In this document: in pieces, positions 17,801 through 26,269 of the stretch
Numbering within the stretch: the stretch's first letter is position 1
Layout: the number at the start of each line of letters is the position of its first letter
Source of the DNA: Myxococcales bacterium
GTDB lineage: Bacteria; Myxococcota_A; Polyangia; Polyangiales; Ga0077539
Direction: 5' to 3'
DNA: 64,000 nt
NCBI GenBank assembly: GCA_013298625.1
Contig: JAAFIF010000016.1
Coordinates: 11,320-75,319, forward strand
Program-made: the position numbers and the translations under genes
The notes under the pieces: model-generated
Databases searched by the model: none
What the model saw: the letters and a program-made list of their open reading frames with translations, nothing else
Told to the model about the DNA's origin: nothing

Positions 17801-20545
17801 GATGTCGTCCGGCGCGTGCTCGACTGTGAACAAGCCCGCGGGCTTGCTCTTGGCTCGCTCGCGAAGGGCGCTCAGCGAGAGGGTCTGCGGCCCGTTCTTC
17901 GTTCTCACCGTCACGAGCGGCAGCTCTTCGCACCGCCGCAAGAGCGCAAAATGCGTGGTCTTCGAGAGCGTCCCGCGCTCTTGCTCCGGCGGCAGCGCCC
18001 GCAGCCTCGCGGTCGCGACGAAGATAAACGACAGGACGTGCTGCGGTGGTGACCAGGGAAGCGATACGTCGAGCATCCGCGCCGCCTCGCGGTCGCCGCC
18101 GATCGCGCGGAGCATGCAAAACAACAGATCGAACGGCGCCTCGTCGTAGAGCTTTCGCGCGTCCGCAGAGAGCTGCGCGCGCGAGAAATCCTTGCCCGGC
18201 CGCGGGATCAGCGCCTTGTCGTGCACGCGCAGCAGGCAGCGCCCGAACGGCCCCGTGTCCGACGCTTGCGAGACGACCTGCCCCGCGTGCAAGAGCGCGA
18301 AGTGCGCGTTGCGCGGCGCGACGCACACCTTCGCCACGGCGTCCGCTTCGATCAGCGAGAGCCACGGCCCGCTCGCCCCGCTCGAGGCGTCCTTGGCGAG
18401 CTGAGCGCGCATCGCGTCGCCGTCGCCCTTCGCGAAGCGCCCGTAGTCGACCAGCTCGCTGTCACCCAGCAGCGCGCCCACCAGCTGCCGCTGGGGCTCG
18501 CTCAGCAACAGCACCGGCGCGCGCGGGTGCTCGGGGCACTCTTTGTTGCTCGTGTACAGCACCGCGCCGCCGCACTGCTCGCTGACCGCTCGAAGCTCGG
18601 CGATGGACCAGCGCCGACCGTTGACCCCAGTGAACAGCGGCACTCGCTCGACCGCCGGCGCCGCAGTCAGCAGCTCGGACAAGCGCGCTCGGGCCGCCTT
18701 GGTCGAGCGGTTCTCGCTGTGCATGCGCAGCGCGAGCTCGACGATCACCGCGCGCTCGCGCTCGTTGAATTTGTGTGCCGCGGGCCCCATCCAGTGCACC
18801 CGCTCGTCGCCCGCGCACGCCTTCGGGTCCGCGACGAACGTCGCCGTAAACCACAGCGCGTCCGCCGCCGCCGCCGTGAGCTTCTCGACCAGCGCGTTGA
18901 GGGCCGCAGAGCGCTCGGGGCCCGAGAAGTCCGCGCGCGCCGTGATGCTCTTGTGCTGGATCGCCGCTTGGATCAGCAGCGGCCCCGCGGCCTCGGCGCT
19001 CGCGGGCAGGGGGCGTCCCTCGACGAAGACCACGAGCTCCATCGCGCGATCGGCGCCGGTCGAGCGGTGGATCACGAGCTCTCCCTCGATCGATCGATCG
19101 CCGTTGATCACGATGGCGGGGCCCGCCGTCGCGCCGTCGCGCCGCGCCTCGCCGATCAGCGCGCGCACGAGCTCGCTCGAGCCGTTGCCAGACACCCGCG
19201 CCTCCCGCGGCTGGTGCGCGAGAAACCGCTGATACCTCGCGTGCGACTCCTCAGCGTGCGCGAGCGCGACGTCGGCGTCCTTCGGCTCGAGCGGCTCGAT
19301 CAGCGCCGAGATCGTCTCGTCCGTCGCGTGCACGACGTTGGTCAGCCACGGGGCGAGCGCCGCGGACGGCAGCTTTTCTCCTCGAAAGAGCATGACTCCG
19401 CCGCGCTCGACCGACGCGAGGTCCGCGAGCGACCGCGGCTTCGCGTTGACCATCGGGATCAACGGCGCGCGCAGCGCGGGCTGCAAGAACAGGTCGTCCC
19501 GCGAGGCCTCGGGCTTCGCCGCGACGACGACCCAGTCGCTGCCGAGCTTGCGCAAGATCAACGCGCGCAGCGCGGCCGCGGTCTCTGCGCCGTGCGCGGA
19601 CTGCAGCGCCTCGACGGCGGCGGTGATGAGCCTGCTCTTGGCGTCCTCGAGCGCGCGGCTGAGCTGCCTGCCGTACGAGCCCGAGCGGTCGATGGCCGAG
19701 CGCGAGACGTTGGTGGGCAGCGAGGGCTCGTCGACGTACGCCCGCAAATTCTGTGGTGGATCGCCGCCGAAGAGCGCCTCGCGCGAGAGCAGCACGCCGC
19801 GCTCGTAGAAGTCTACGACGTCCATCTCGCGCTCGATCGCGCGCACGAGGGCGAGCTCTCCGCGCACTTTTTCTGCGAGCGGGACGCGCACGAGCGCCGG
19901 CGGCGGCGCGCCGCGGTCGAGCTCGGCCCCGTCGACAGCGCGCACGATCGACGCAGGGACGAGCAGGCACCGGGTGCGCAGGACCTTGCTCTCGACGGGC
20001 TCGCCGAACCATTCGCGAACGACGTTGGTGCCGAATCGCTCGCGCACGTGCACGCGGAGGGAGGTGTCGGTGAAACCCTCGGGGGCAGGCACCCATTCGA
20101 GCGCGCCGTCGATCGCGGGCTCCTCTCCCTCGGCCGTGGGAACGAACCGCACGCGCGCGACGGCGCCGTCTTTGCGCTCTGCGCCCGTGTACACGTCGAC
20201 GAACTTCGGCCCGAGCCCGAGCGCGGTGTTGGTCGCGATCGCCAAGAGCCGCACCGCTCGCGCGTCGCTCGAGAAAAGCTGCTCGAACAGCCGCACGATC
20301 AGCTCGGGCTTCGGCGGCTCGGCTTTGCATACGCACTCGAGCGAGAAGTCCCTCGCTGTGTTGTCGACGGTGATCTTCTGCGCGCCGAGCTCGACGGCGA
20401 CGCGCACGAGCTCGGCGACGTACAGCGCGGGGTCGGGCAGCATGAACTCGCGCAATTTCGCGATGGCCGCGCGCGGATCGACGCCGACGGCGCCGCGCGC
20501 GAGGACTCGGCGCTCGCCCGATGGCTTCTGTGCTTCTCTGCTCAT
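14855..20545 (-). CDS. giant (1896 aa) protein with a degenerate Hsp90/GHKL-like N-terminal domain and five about 240-275-aa internal repeats
   Basis: Uninterrupted 5.7-kb ORF starting 9 nt after the stop of the upstream GHKL ATPase gene. N-terminus 'LPDPALYVAELVRVAVELGAQKITVD' aligns by eye with 'FADPLAFYRELVQNSIDAGASAIDVR' of the upstream protein, but the N-box Asn/Asp and the DxGxG box are lost. 'LPTNVSRSAIDR' keeps the Hsp90 middle-domain loop. Confidence 0.8.
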   Translation of the reverse strand: MSREAQKPSGERRVLARGAVGVDPRAAIAKLREFMLPDPALYVAELVRVAVELGAQKITVDNTARDFSLECVCKAEPPKPELIVRLFEQLFSSDARAVRLLAIATNTALGLGPKFVDVYTGAERKDGAVARVRFVPTAEGEEPAIDGALEWVPAPEGFTDTSLRVHVRERFGTNVVREWFGEPVESKVLRTRCLLVPASIVRAVDGAELDRGAPPPALVRVPLAEKVRGELALVRAIEREMDVVDFYERGVLLSREALFGGDPPQNLRAYVDEPSLPTNVSRSAIDRSGSYGRQLSRALEDAKSRLITAAVEALQSAHGAETAAALRALILRKLGSDWVVVAAKPEASRDDLFLQPALRAPLIPMVNAKPRSLADLASVERGGVMLFRGEKLPSAALAPWLTNVVHATDETISALIEPLEPKDADVALAHAEESHARYQRFLAHQPREARVSGNGSSELVRALIGEARRDGATAGPAIVINGDRSIEGELVIHRSTGADRAMELVVFVEGRPLPASAEAAGPLLIQAAIQHKSITARADFSGPERSAALNALVEKLTAAAADALWFTATFVADPKACAGDERVHWMGPAAHKFNERERAVIVELALRMHSENRSTKAARARLSELLTAAPAVERVPLFTGVNGRRWSIAELRAVSEQCGGAVLYTSNKECPEHPRAPVLLLSEPQRQLVGALLGDSELVDYGRFAKGDGDAMRAQLAKDASSGASGPWLSLIEADAVAKVCVAPRNAHFALLHAGQVVSQASDTGPFGRCLLRVHDKALIPRPGKDFSRAQLSADARKLYDEAPFDLLFCMLRAIGGDREAARMLDVSLPWSPPQHVLSFIFVATARLRALPPEQERGTLSKTTHFALLRRCEELPLVTVRTKNGPQTLSLSALRERAKSKPAGLFTVEHAPDDIDYDDDFEPLVVSRGEFEAALAVGIGAKLIAADSVVPQRREVRKTRLALEAFERQSTVNFADLSEFRVSSTVTVQQEHYECAMGLLPTPGRARYQVIVRDRVAVAGEVTGTDLMSCPVVFRVRFAAPEKALNATLDGLTSAGLATLTIASKRALRKLVEEVCKDASGASDPGASVRALVAAFCGDAGRVDDKLRARVGRAVLWKAIPSGLASAEQCAVHGKGRVLYVSREFDGWIPAPDGETDPIAAYLEPLPDGPTDKREAAQEFRRAVLRTLEFTTTLAPRDATEDFDRLQRTRRLLRSAKENIALAGSAPSAALRCRIEDVEPKLGVGELRVTTSGANKLLVHLFLHAQAVRLIEAPSPIAISVAIETSALSEEQARKGEFPDALAQRIVGIARKLLTEAMRKGDELPAWSLPAQRWALLQGPSNIKSLRERKAFFDSLGAAMTLADIDEQQAKFGNVAYTKNTSGVPLEPLDSGRRVLRLSEAEAPWITGARVPLDYTDALHEEQQAIARRKLAPAKTIVVRQSVPANTPAYPLTIKEHDFEGEVLLMPSRAAPVAKVFLWQGRKPLGETETGSPWPALVAIEVGELKPNRSETAPVEDSAFHRTRARVAELVRAAIDAHFVAPPSALAMVRTNSAGSPSIRGGATRAIGVLWLLADPLEPGRIDVREPGESTLRMHDTRGAVQTSRVDSLPIGGQLWFNHGTAADVTIAHQVVELARWSYRAMLGQLIASKTASSELVYAHLAYAAAARALDTNALKKWAADRLLPDSCTTFARLEAHLAEGNILELCPEGDARSAQERFVVQRSTQRWFQVLEELALVHAASPARVEPAEPAAAAPVAPQPAPAVPAQTAATPQRKQPADEPRKDKPKAAPRELTLADHVLELLRSHGVVERDLSAVRVSDERAPGVLASYESSTATATVYTRHSVGASLLTSPDARRAHRVYAVAVLGEMNRAVQRFTDADEMRVLQALVESVAG

Positions 20546-20554
20546 GGTGTTGGC

Positions 20555-22210
20555 TCAGCTCACGGACGCGAACGAATCGAAGAGCGTGTAGTCGCGGCGA
20601 CTGTCGAGCTTGCCCGCGCTGAGCAAGACGAGCCGCGCGTAGCAGAGCGCGGCAAACGCAGGGTCTTTCTCTGCTGCTGCGACGGCCCGCGTCCACGCAG
20701 GGTGCTTGCGGTTGATCGCGCAGCCGCGGGTCGAGAACAGCGTGTACAGCTTGTTGCTCGCGTCGGCGGCGTCGAGCACGACGCCCGAGCGCGTCGCGCT
20801 GCTCAGCGTCTGCGCGTCGACCGCCAGAAAGAGCACGTCCAGCGACACGCCCGAGATCTCGACGGCGCGCACCATGGGGACGTCCACGGCTGCGAGCAGC
20901 TTTCGCGTGCGATCGAGCAGGTCTTCTTCGAAGGGCGGGAGCGTCCCGTCCCGCGGGGCGAGCGCCACGAAGCGCGTGCGCGCGTCGACCGCCCACGGGT
21001 CGAGCTGGCGCCGAAGAAAGTCAGCGTTGCTCTCGCCGACGCAGTGCGTCCACAGGACGAGCTGCTTCTTGCTGCACAGCGCGCGGGTCAACACGCTCGG
21101 CTCGGGCGCGAAGTACCGCACCTTCGCCGCGGGCCCCACGTACACGCGCGCTCGTCCATCCTCTGCGTCGCAGAGCGGCAGCGGAACGTCCACCGCCACG
21201 CTCAACGCCAGCTGCGCCACCGCGCGCAGCGCCTTGCCCGCTCGCGCTTGTGCTGCTTGCAGCGCCGCGGGCTGCTCGTCGTGGGCCGCGATCGCCTCTT
21301 CGAGCGCGCTTCGCGCAGCGGCCGCCGCGGTCGTCGCAAGGTCGCTCTTCACGGCCGCTTCGACCGACGCGATCACCTGCGCAAAAGCCCCGTCGCGCTT
21401 GACGTTGTCGCGCGAGACCGTGTGCACCAACGTGCTCGCTTCGACCTTGAACGAGACCCCCGAGATCCACGTGTTGGGGCACTCGTACAGCAAGATCCCG
21501 CGCTTGTAGAAGGCCGCGCGCCCCTCGTTCGACACGGTCATCGCGATCGTCGCGTTCGAGCGCCGCACCATGACGCTCGGCGTACCTTCGATGCCAAACG
21601 GGCTGTCGACTCGCTTGTCGACCTCGCCGCCGCGCACCGTCGAGAGCACGTGCAGCGGGAGCTCGACGTGCGGACACCACCGCTCGATCGCGTTCATCGA
21701 GCGCTCGACGAACGACCGCGCTTCGCCGAGCCGCATCCCGATCGTCAGCGAGACCACCGTTCCTTTGCGCGCCGAGCTCTCGGTGACCTCGTACGTGTAG
21801 TCCGGGCGCAGCTCGACCCGATACCCGTCGTTGCCCGTGCCCGTGTCCACCCGCACGGTCTGCGGCGAGACCGCGAAGACCGAGAAAAATCCCACGCCAA
21901 ACTTGCCGATCTTCGTCGGGTCCTTGTCCTTCGACGATCGAAACAGCACCAGCAAGCACCGCTCGATGGTCTCGAGGTTCATCCCCGCGCCGTCGTCGTG
22001 CACCGAGACCTGCAGCGCGTCCGCGTCGCTGTCGTAGCGCATTCGCACGTCGATCGCGCTCGCCCCCGCGTCGATGCTGTTCTGCACCAGCTCTCGGTAG
22101 AACGCGAGCGGGTCGGCGAACTGCCTCACCATCGTCCCCACTGCGTCTTTGACCGCGTCCGACGCTGAGATCGGAGCTTCGAGCTTGTCTGCGCGAGTTC
22201 GAAAGACCAT
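20555..22210 (-). CDS. Hsp90/HtpG-like GHKL ATPase, 551 aa
   Basis: Track ORF 20555..24523 trimmed to the ATG at 22210 (MVFRTRADKLE; alternative ATG at 22132). N-box 'RELVQNSIDAGA', G1 box 'VHDDGAGM', G2 box 'GKFGVGFFS', and 'LVHTVSRDNV' resembling the Hsp90 catalytic-loop 'LNxSRE'. Confidence 0.8.
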   Translation of the reverse strand: MVFRTRADKLEAPISASDAVKDAVGTMVRQFADPLAFYRELVQNSIDAGASAIDVRMRYDSDADALQVSVHDDGAGMNLETIERCLLVLFRSSKDKDPTKIGKFGVGFFSVFAVSPQTVRVDTGTGNDGYRVELRPDYTYEVTESSARKGTVVSLTIGMRLGEARSFVERSMNAIERWCPHVELPLHVLSTVRGGEVDKRVDSPFGIEGTPSVMVRRSNATIAMTVSNEGRAAFYKRGILLYECPNTWISGVSFKVEASTLVHTVSRDNVKRDGAFAQVIASVEAAVKSDLATTAAAAARSALEEAIAAHDEQPAALQAAQARAGKALRAVAQLALSVAVDVPLPLCDAEDGRARVYVGPAAKVRYFAPEPSVLTRALCSKKQLVLWTHCVGESNADFLRRQLDPWAVDARTRFVALAPRDGTLPPFEEDLLDRTRKLLAAVDVPMVRAVEISGVSLDVLFLAVDAQTLSSATRSGVVLDAADASNKLYTLFSTRGCAINRKHPAWTRAVAAAEKDPAFAALCYARLVLLSAGKLDSRRDYTLFDSFASVS

Positions 22211-22243
22211 CGGTCCGCAGAGTGTACATTCCCGGTCGAATCC

Positions 22244-24532
22244 ATGGTTCGCACTCGGGTCGCTCTGTTCGTCGCTTCGCTCTCGGCCGCCGCGCTCGCC
22301 TCGTGCGCGCGATCGAGCTGCGTCCAAGCCCCTTCGTCGCTCGTCAACCTCGCTGACGAACAGCGACGAGCCGCCGCCGCGACCGACGCTGGCGCGCGCG
22401 CCGCGCGGCCGAGACACCAGCCCGACCCAGGATTTCTCGCGGATTTCAGCGCCACCCTGCGCTATTCGCTCGGCGCTCCGACGCGCATGTCCCTCAGCCC
22501 CGACGGCGCGCGGCTCTACTTTCTGCGCTCGGGCCCGCGCTCGTTCGTGCGCGATCTGTACGTCCTGCAAGCGGGCGCCCCCGCGCGCGTGCTCGTCACC
22601 GCGGACTCGATCCTGCGCGGCGGCGAAGAGCAGCTCACCGCCGAAGAGCGCGCGCGCCGCGAGCGACAACGGCAGACCGGCCGCGGAATCACCGCGTACG
22701 AGCTCTCTCCCGACGGCTCGAAGATGCTCGTCCCCCTCTCGGGCAAGCTCTACATCGTCGACGCTCAATCCGGCGCGGCCCGCGAGCTCTCGTCGCAGCA
22801 GCGCGGCGCGCCCGTCGACGCGCGGTGGTCTCCCGACGGCCGCTCGATCTCCATGGTCCGCGGCGGCGAGCTCTTCGTGCAAGACGTCGCGACGGGCGCA
22901 GAGCGCGCGCTCACGACCGCCGCCGGAGCTGGGATTTCTCACGCCACGGCAGAGTTCGTCGCGCAAGAAGAGATGGACCGCATGGAGGGCTACTGGTGGT
23001 CTGGCGACGGTCAGTCCATCGCCTTTCAAGAGACCGACGAGCGCGCGGTCGAGCAGCTCCGCGTGAGCAACCCCACGCAGCCGAGCGAAGAGCCAGAGGT
23101 CAATCGCTACCCTCGCGCGGGTACCAACAACGCCGTCGTGCGCCTCGGCGTCGTGCGCGTCACCGGCGGGAGGCCCACGTGGATCGAGTGGGACCGGCAG
23201 CGATACCCGTACCTCGCGCGCGTCGCGTGGCCCGCGCGCGGACCGCTCACCGTCGTCGTGCAGAACCGCGCGCAGACCGAGGTGGTCGTCCTCTCGGCCA
23301 ACACCACCACCGGAGCGACCACGGCGATCCACACCGAGCGCGACGAAGCGTGGGTCAACTTGTTTCCGTCGCTGCCGCGCTGGCTCGCGGACGGGCGGGG
23401 ATTTCTCTGGGCCAGCGAGCGCTCGGGCCACGCGGTGCTCGAGCTTCGGTCGCCGACCGGCGCGCTCGTGCGCGAGCTCGGCGCCGCGGTGAAGTTTCGC
23501 GGACTCGCGTCGGTCGACGAGGGCGCGCGCTGCGTGTACGTCACGGGCGGCGAGGAGCCGAGCGAGACCCACGTATTCAAGATCTCCCTCGAAACAGGGG
23601 CTTCTGAGCAGCTCACCCGCGGCCGAGCCGAGCACGAGATGACCTTCGCCCGCTCGGGCGGCGCGCGCGCGCACGCGATCTTCACCATCGACGGGCCGCG
23701 TCGGTGGAGCTTCGAGGGCGCAGACGGCGCCGAGATCGCGCCGGTCCCGTCGGTCGCAGAGGAGCCCCGAAACCCGCCGACGGTCGAGCTCGTGACCGTC
23801 GGAGACCGGGCGTTTCGCGCGGCGATCGTGCGTCCCAGAGGGTTCGTCCCCGGCGCGCGCTACCCGGTGATCGACGCGGTCTACGGCGGGCCGGGCGCCC
23901 GGCAAGTGACCTCGGCGCGCCATCGGTACGTGATGAACCAGTGGCTCGCCGACCACGGTTTCATCGTGGTGTCCATCGACGGGCGAGGGACGCCGCACCG
24001 TGGCCGCGAGTGGGAGCGCGCGCTCGATGGGCACCTCGATGATGTTCCGCTCGACGATCAAGTGGCGGGCCTGCGGGCGCTCGGGGCGCGCTATCCCGAG
24101 ATGGACCTGTCGCACGTCGGCGTCTACGGCTGGTCGTTTGGCGGCTACCTCTCGGGCCTCGCGGTGCTGCGGCAGCCGTCGGTGTTTCACGCGGCGATGG
24201 CCGGCGCGCCCGTGACCGACTGGCGCGAGTACGACACGCACTACACCGAGCGCTACATGGGCTTGCCCGAAGCCGAGCGCGCTGCATACGACCGCAGCTC
24301 GCTCGTGACCAACGCCCAATCCCTCGAGCGCCCGCTCTTGCTCGTGCACGGAACGGCCGACGACAACGTCTACTTCTCCAACGCCGCGCTGCTCTCGAAC
24401 GCGCTCTTTCGCGCGGGGCGGCCGCACGAGTTTCTTCCGCTCGTGGGCTTCACGCACATCGTGCCCGACCCCATCATCAACCGACGCTTGTACGAGCGCA
24501 TCGCGGAATTTTTTGTGACCCACCTGCAGTAG
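22244..24532 (+). CDS. S9 family peptidase (dipeptidyl-peptidase IV / prolyl oligopeptidase-like), lipoprotein
   Basis: 762 aa. Signal/lipobox 'LSAAALASC', beta-propeller-like N-terminal half, nucleophile elbow 'YGWSFGGY', and later 'HGTADDNV' and 'GFTHIV' (Ser-Asp-His order). Confidence 0.88.
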   Translation: MVRTRVALFVASLSAAALASCARSSCVQAPSSLVNLADEQRRAAAATDAGARAARPRHQPDPGFLADFSATLRYSLGAPTRMSLSPDGARLYFLRSGPRSFVRDLYVLQAGAPARVLVTADSILRGGEEQLTAEERARRERQRQTGRGITAYELSPDGSKMLVPLSGKLYIVDAQSGAARELSSQQRGAPVDARWSPDGRSISMVRGGELFVQDVATGAERALTTAAGAGISHATAEFVAQEEMDRMEGYWWSGDGQSIAFQETDERAVEQLRVSNPTQPSEEPEVNRYPRAGTNNAVVRLGVVRVTGGRPTWIEWDRQRYPYLARVAWPARGPLTVVVQNRAQTEVVVLSANTTTGATTAIHTERDEAWVNLFPSLPRWLADGRGFLWASERSGHAVLELRSPTGALVRELGAAVKFRGLASVDEGARCVYVTGGEEPSETHVFKISLETGASEQLTRGRAEHEMTFARSGGARAHAIFTIDGPRRWSFEGADGAEIAPVPSVAEEPRNPPTVELVTVGDRAFRAAIVRPRGFVPGARYPVIDAVYGGPGARQVTSARHRYVMNQWLADHGFIVVSIDGRGTPHRGREWERALDGHLDDVPLDDQVAGLRALGARYPEMDLSHVGVYGWSFGGYLSGLAVLRQPSVFHAAMAGAPVTDWREYDTHYTERYMGLPEAERAAYDRSSLVTNAQSLERPLLLVHGTADDNVYFSNAALLSNALFRAGRPHEFLPLVGFTHIVPDPIINRRLYERIAEFFVTHLQ

Positions 24533-24540
24533 AACAGCCT

Positions 24541-25086
24541 GTGATCATGCAGCCCGACGCCCCGAGCGCGTCCCCGACCGCCGCTCCACCCGAGAACAAA
24601 GCGCCGAAAGAGCCCGCCTCCGCTGGCTTCAAGCGCTTCATGAAATCCAGCCTCGTCGGCATCGTCGCGACCATCGTCGACGTCACGGTCGTGCTCCTGT
24701 GCCTGCGGGTGTTCGCGCTCAACCCCTACCTCGCCAAGGTCATCGCGCTCGCGGGCGGCGTCACCACGCAGTTCTTGGGCAACCGTCGCTTCGCGTTTCA
24801 AGCCAGCACCGGTCGGCTGCGCAGACAGCTCCAGTGGTTCGCCGTCGTCGAAGCGATCGCCTTCGTCACCACGGTCTTCGTCTTTCGCGGGCTGCTCGCG
24901 CTCGGTCGCCACTTCGACCTGCCCCTCGCGGACCTCGGCGCCAACCTGCTCTCTGGCTCGATCGTCTACTTCGGCTTCAGCTACCCCCTGTGGAAGCGCG
25001 TCTTCGCGCTCACGCCCGAAGAGCGCGCGCTCGCCGAAGCCGAGCGCGCCAAGAGCGCAACCTCCACTCCCTCGGATCCAACGTAA
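24541..25086 (+). CDS. GtrA family membrane protein
   Basis: 181 aa, GTG at 24541 (ATG at 24547), 9 nt after the peptidase stop. Four hydrophobic helices with 'QFLGNRRFAF' typical of GtrA-like proteins. Confidence 0.65.
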   Translation: MIMQPDAPSASPTAAPPENKAPKEPASAGFKRFMKSSLVGIVATIVDVTVVLLCLRVFALNPYLAKVIALAGGVTTQFLGNRRFAFQASTGRLRRQLQWFAVVEAIAFVTTVFVFRGLLALGRHFDLPLADLGANLLSGSIVYFGFSYPLWKRVFALTPEERALAEAERAKSATSTPSDPT

Positions 25087-26268
25087 ATGTCCGTCTCGGT
25101 CTGGCGCGATTTCTCGAAGAGCGACCCCAACGCAGCCTCGCTTCGCGTCGACGTCGCGATCATCGGCGCGGGCGTCGCCGGTCTCGCCGTCGCGCGGCAC
25201 TGCGTCCAGCGAGGCTTGGTCCCCGCGGTGATCGAAGCGCGCGACCTCGCCGCGGGCGCCACCGGCAAGAACGCAGGCTTCGCCATGACGGGCCTCGCAG
25301 ACCCGTACGAGTCCCTCGTCGAGCGCTTCGGCCGCCGCACGGCCAAAGAGATCTGGACCGTCTCGCAAGCGAACCTGCGCGAGATCGTCGACGACGTCGT
25401 CGCGTGCGAGGGCGTCGCGTGCGACCTCGTTCCGTACGGCTCCGTCGTTGCAGCGTGGGACGAGCGCGAGCAAGCCGTGCTCGAGCGCTCGTGCGCCATG
25501 CTCGTGCACGACGGCTTCGACGTGCGCTGGCTCGACCGCGCAGCGTCGCGCGAAAAGCTCGGATCCGACCGGTATTTCGGCGGGATCTTCGTCGCGCAAG
25601 ACCACGGGATCCACCCCGTCAAGCTCGCCCACGCGGTCGCCGCCAACGTCCGCTCTGCGGGCGGACACGTCTTGCTCGGCCACGAGGTGCGCGCCATCGA
25701 ACAGTCCCGCGGCGCCGTCAGCGTGCACACCAGCCACGGGACCATCCACGCCTCGTTCGCGATCCTCTGCACCAACGCGTACACGCGCACGCTCGAGCCT
25801 TCGCTCGGCGCCCTCGTGCGCCCCGTGCGCGGGCAGGCGCTCTGCCTCGAAGGCGTCGACGACTCGCTGCGCGCGCTGCTCTACACGGACGACGGCTTTC
25901 AATACGCCCGGCCGTTGCCAGACGGACGCGTGGTCGCAGGCGGCTGGCGACGCGCCTTCGCCGACAGCGAAGTCGGTCTCGGCGACGAGTGCCCCGAGGG
26001 CGTGCAAGCCGGCATCGAAGCGTGGCTCCGCGATCGCTGGCCGCAGTGGTCGAGCGCGCGCGTCACCCACCGCTGGAGCGGCGCCATGGGCTTCTCTCCC
26101 GACGGACTCCCGTTGATCGGGACGCTCGCGGACCGCCCGCGCGTCGCCTACGCCGTCGGCTTCACCGGCCACGGGCTCGGCTTCGCCTTCGCAGCCGCGC
26201 GCGCCGCCGTGCGCAAGGTCCTCGGCGAAGGGGACGCCGGGATCTTCGATCACGCGCGCTTGCAGTGA
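25087..26268 (+). CDS. FAD-dependent oxidoreductase (DAO / glycine-D-amino-acid oxidase-like)
   Basis: 393 aa. The ATG directly follows the GtrA stop (TAAATG). Dinucleotide-binding 'VAIIGAGVAGLAVA'. DAO-like C-terminus 'GFTGHGLGFA'. Confidence 0.8.
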   Translation: MSVSVWRDFSKSDPNAASLRVDVAIIGAGVAGLAVARHCVQRGLVPAVIEARDLAAGATGKNAGFAMTGLADPYESLVERFGRRTAKEIWTVSQANLREIVDDVVACEGVACDLVPYGSVVAAWDEREQAVLERSCAMLVHDGFDVRWLDRAASREKLGSDRYFGGIFVAQDHGIHPVKLAHAVAANVRSAGGHVLLGHEVRAIEQSRGAVSVHTSHGTIHASFAILCTNAYTRTLEPSLGALVRPVRGQALCLEGVDDSLRALLYTDDGFQYARPLPDGRVVAGGWRRAFADSEVGLGDECPEGVQAGIEAWLRDRWPQWSSARVTHRWSGAMGFSPDGLPLIGTLADRPRVAYAVGFTGHGLGFAFAAARAAVRKVLGEGDAGIFDHARLQ

Positions 26269-26269
26269 T

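Noticed and set aside
14840-22168. Two very long plus-strand ORFs (14840-18052 and 18221-22168), plus minus-strand alternatives at 15306-18365 and 19251-20996
   Set aside because: All overlap the 1896-aa and GHKL genes in other frames or on the other strand. They are Arg/Ala/Asp-rich and contain no motifs. The chosen frames carry the GHKL motifs.
22211-24523. N-terminal 770-aa extension of the GHKL ORF (track ORF 20555-24523)
   Set aside because: It is antisense to the S9 peptidase gene, which has clear catalytic motifs. The GHKL homology starts shortly after the ATG at 22210.
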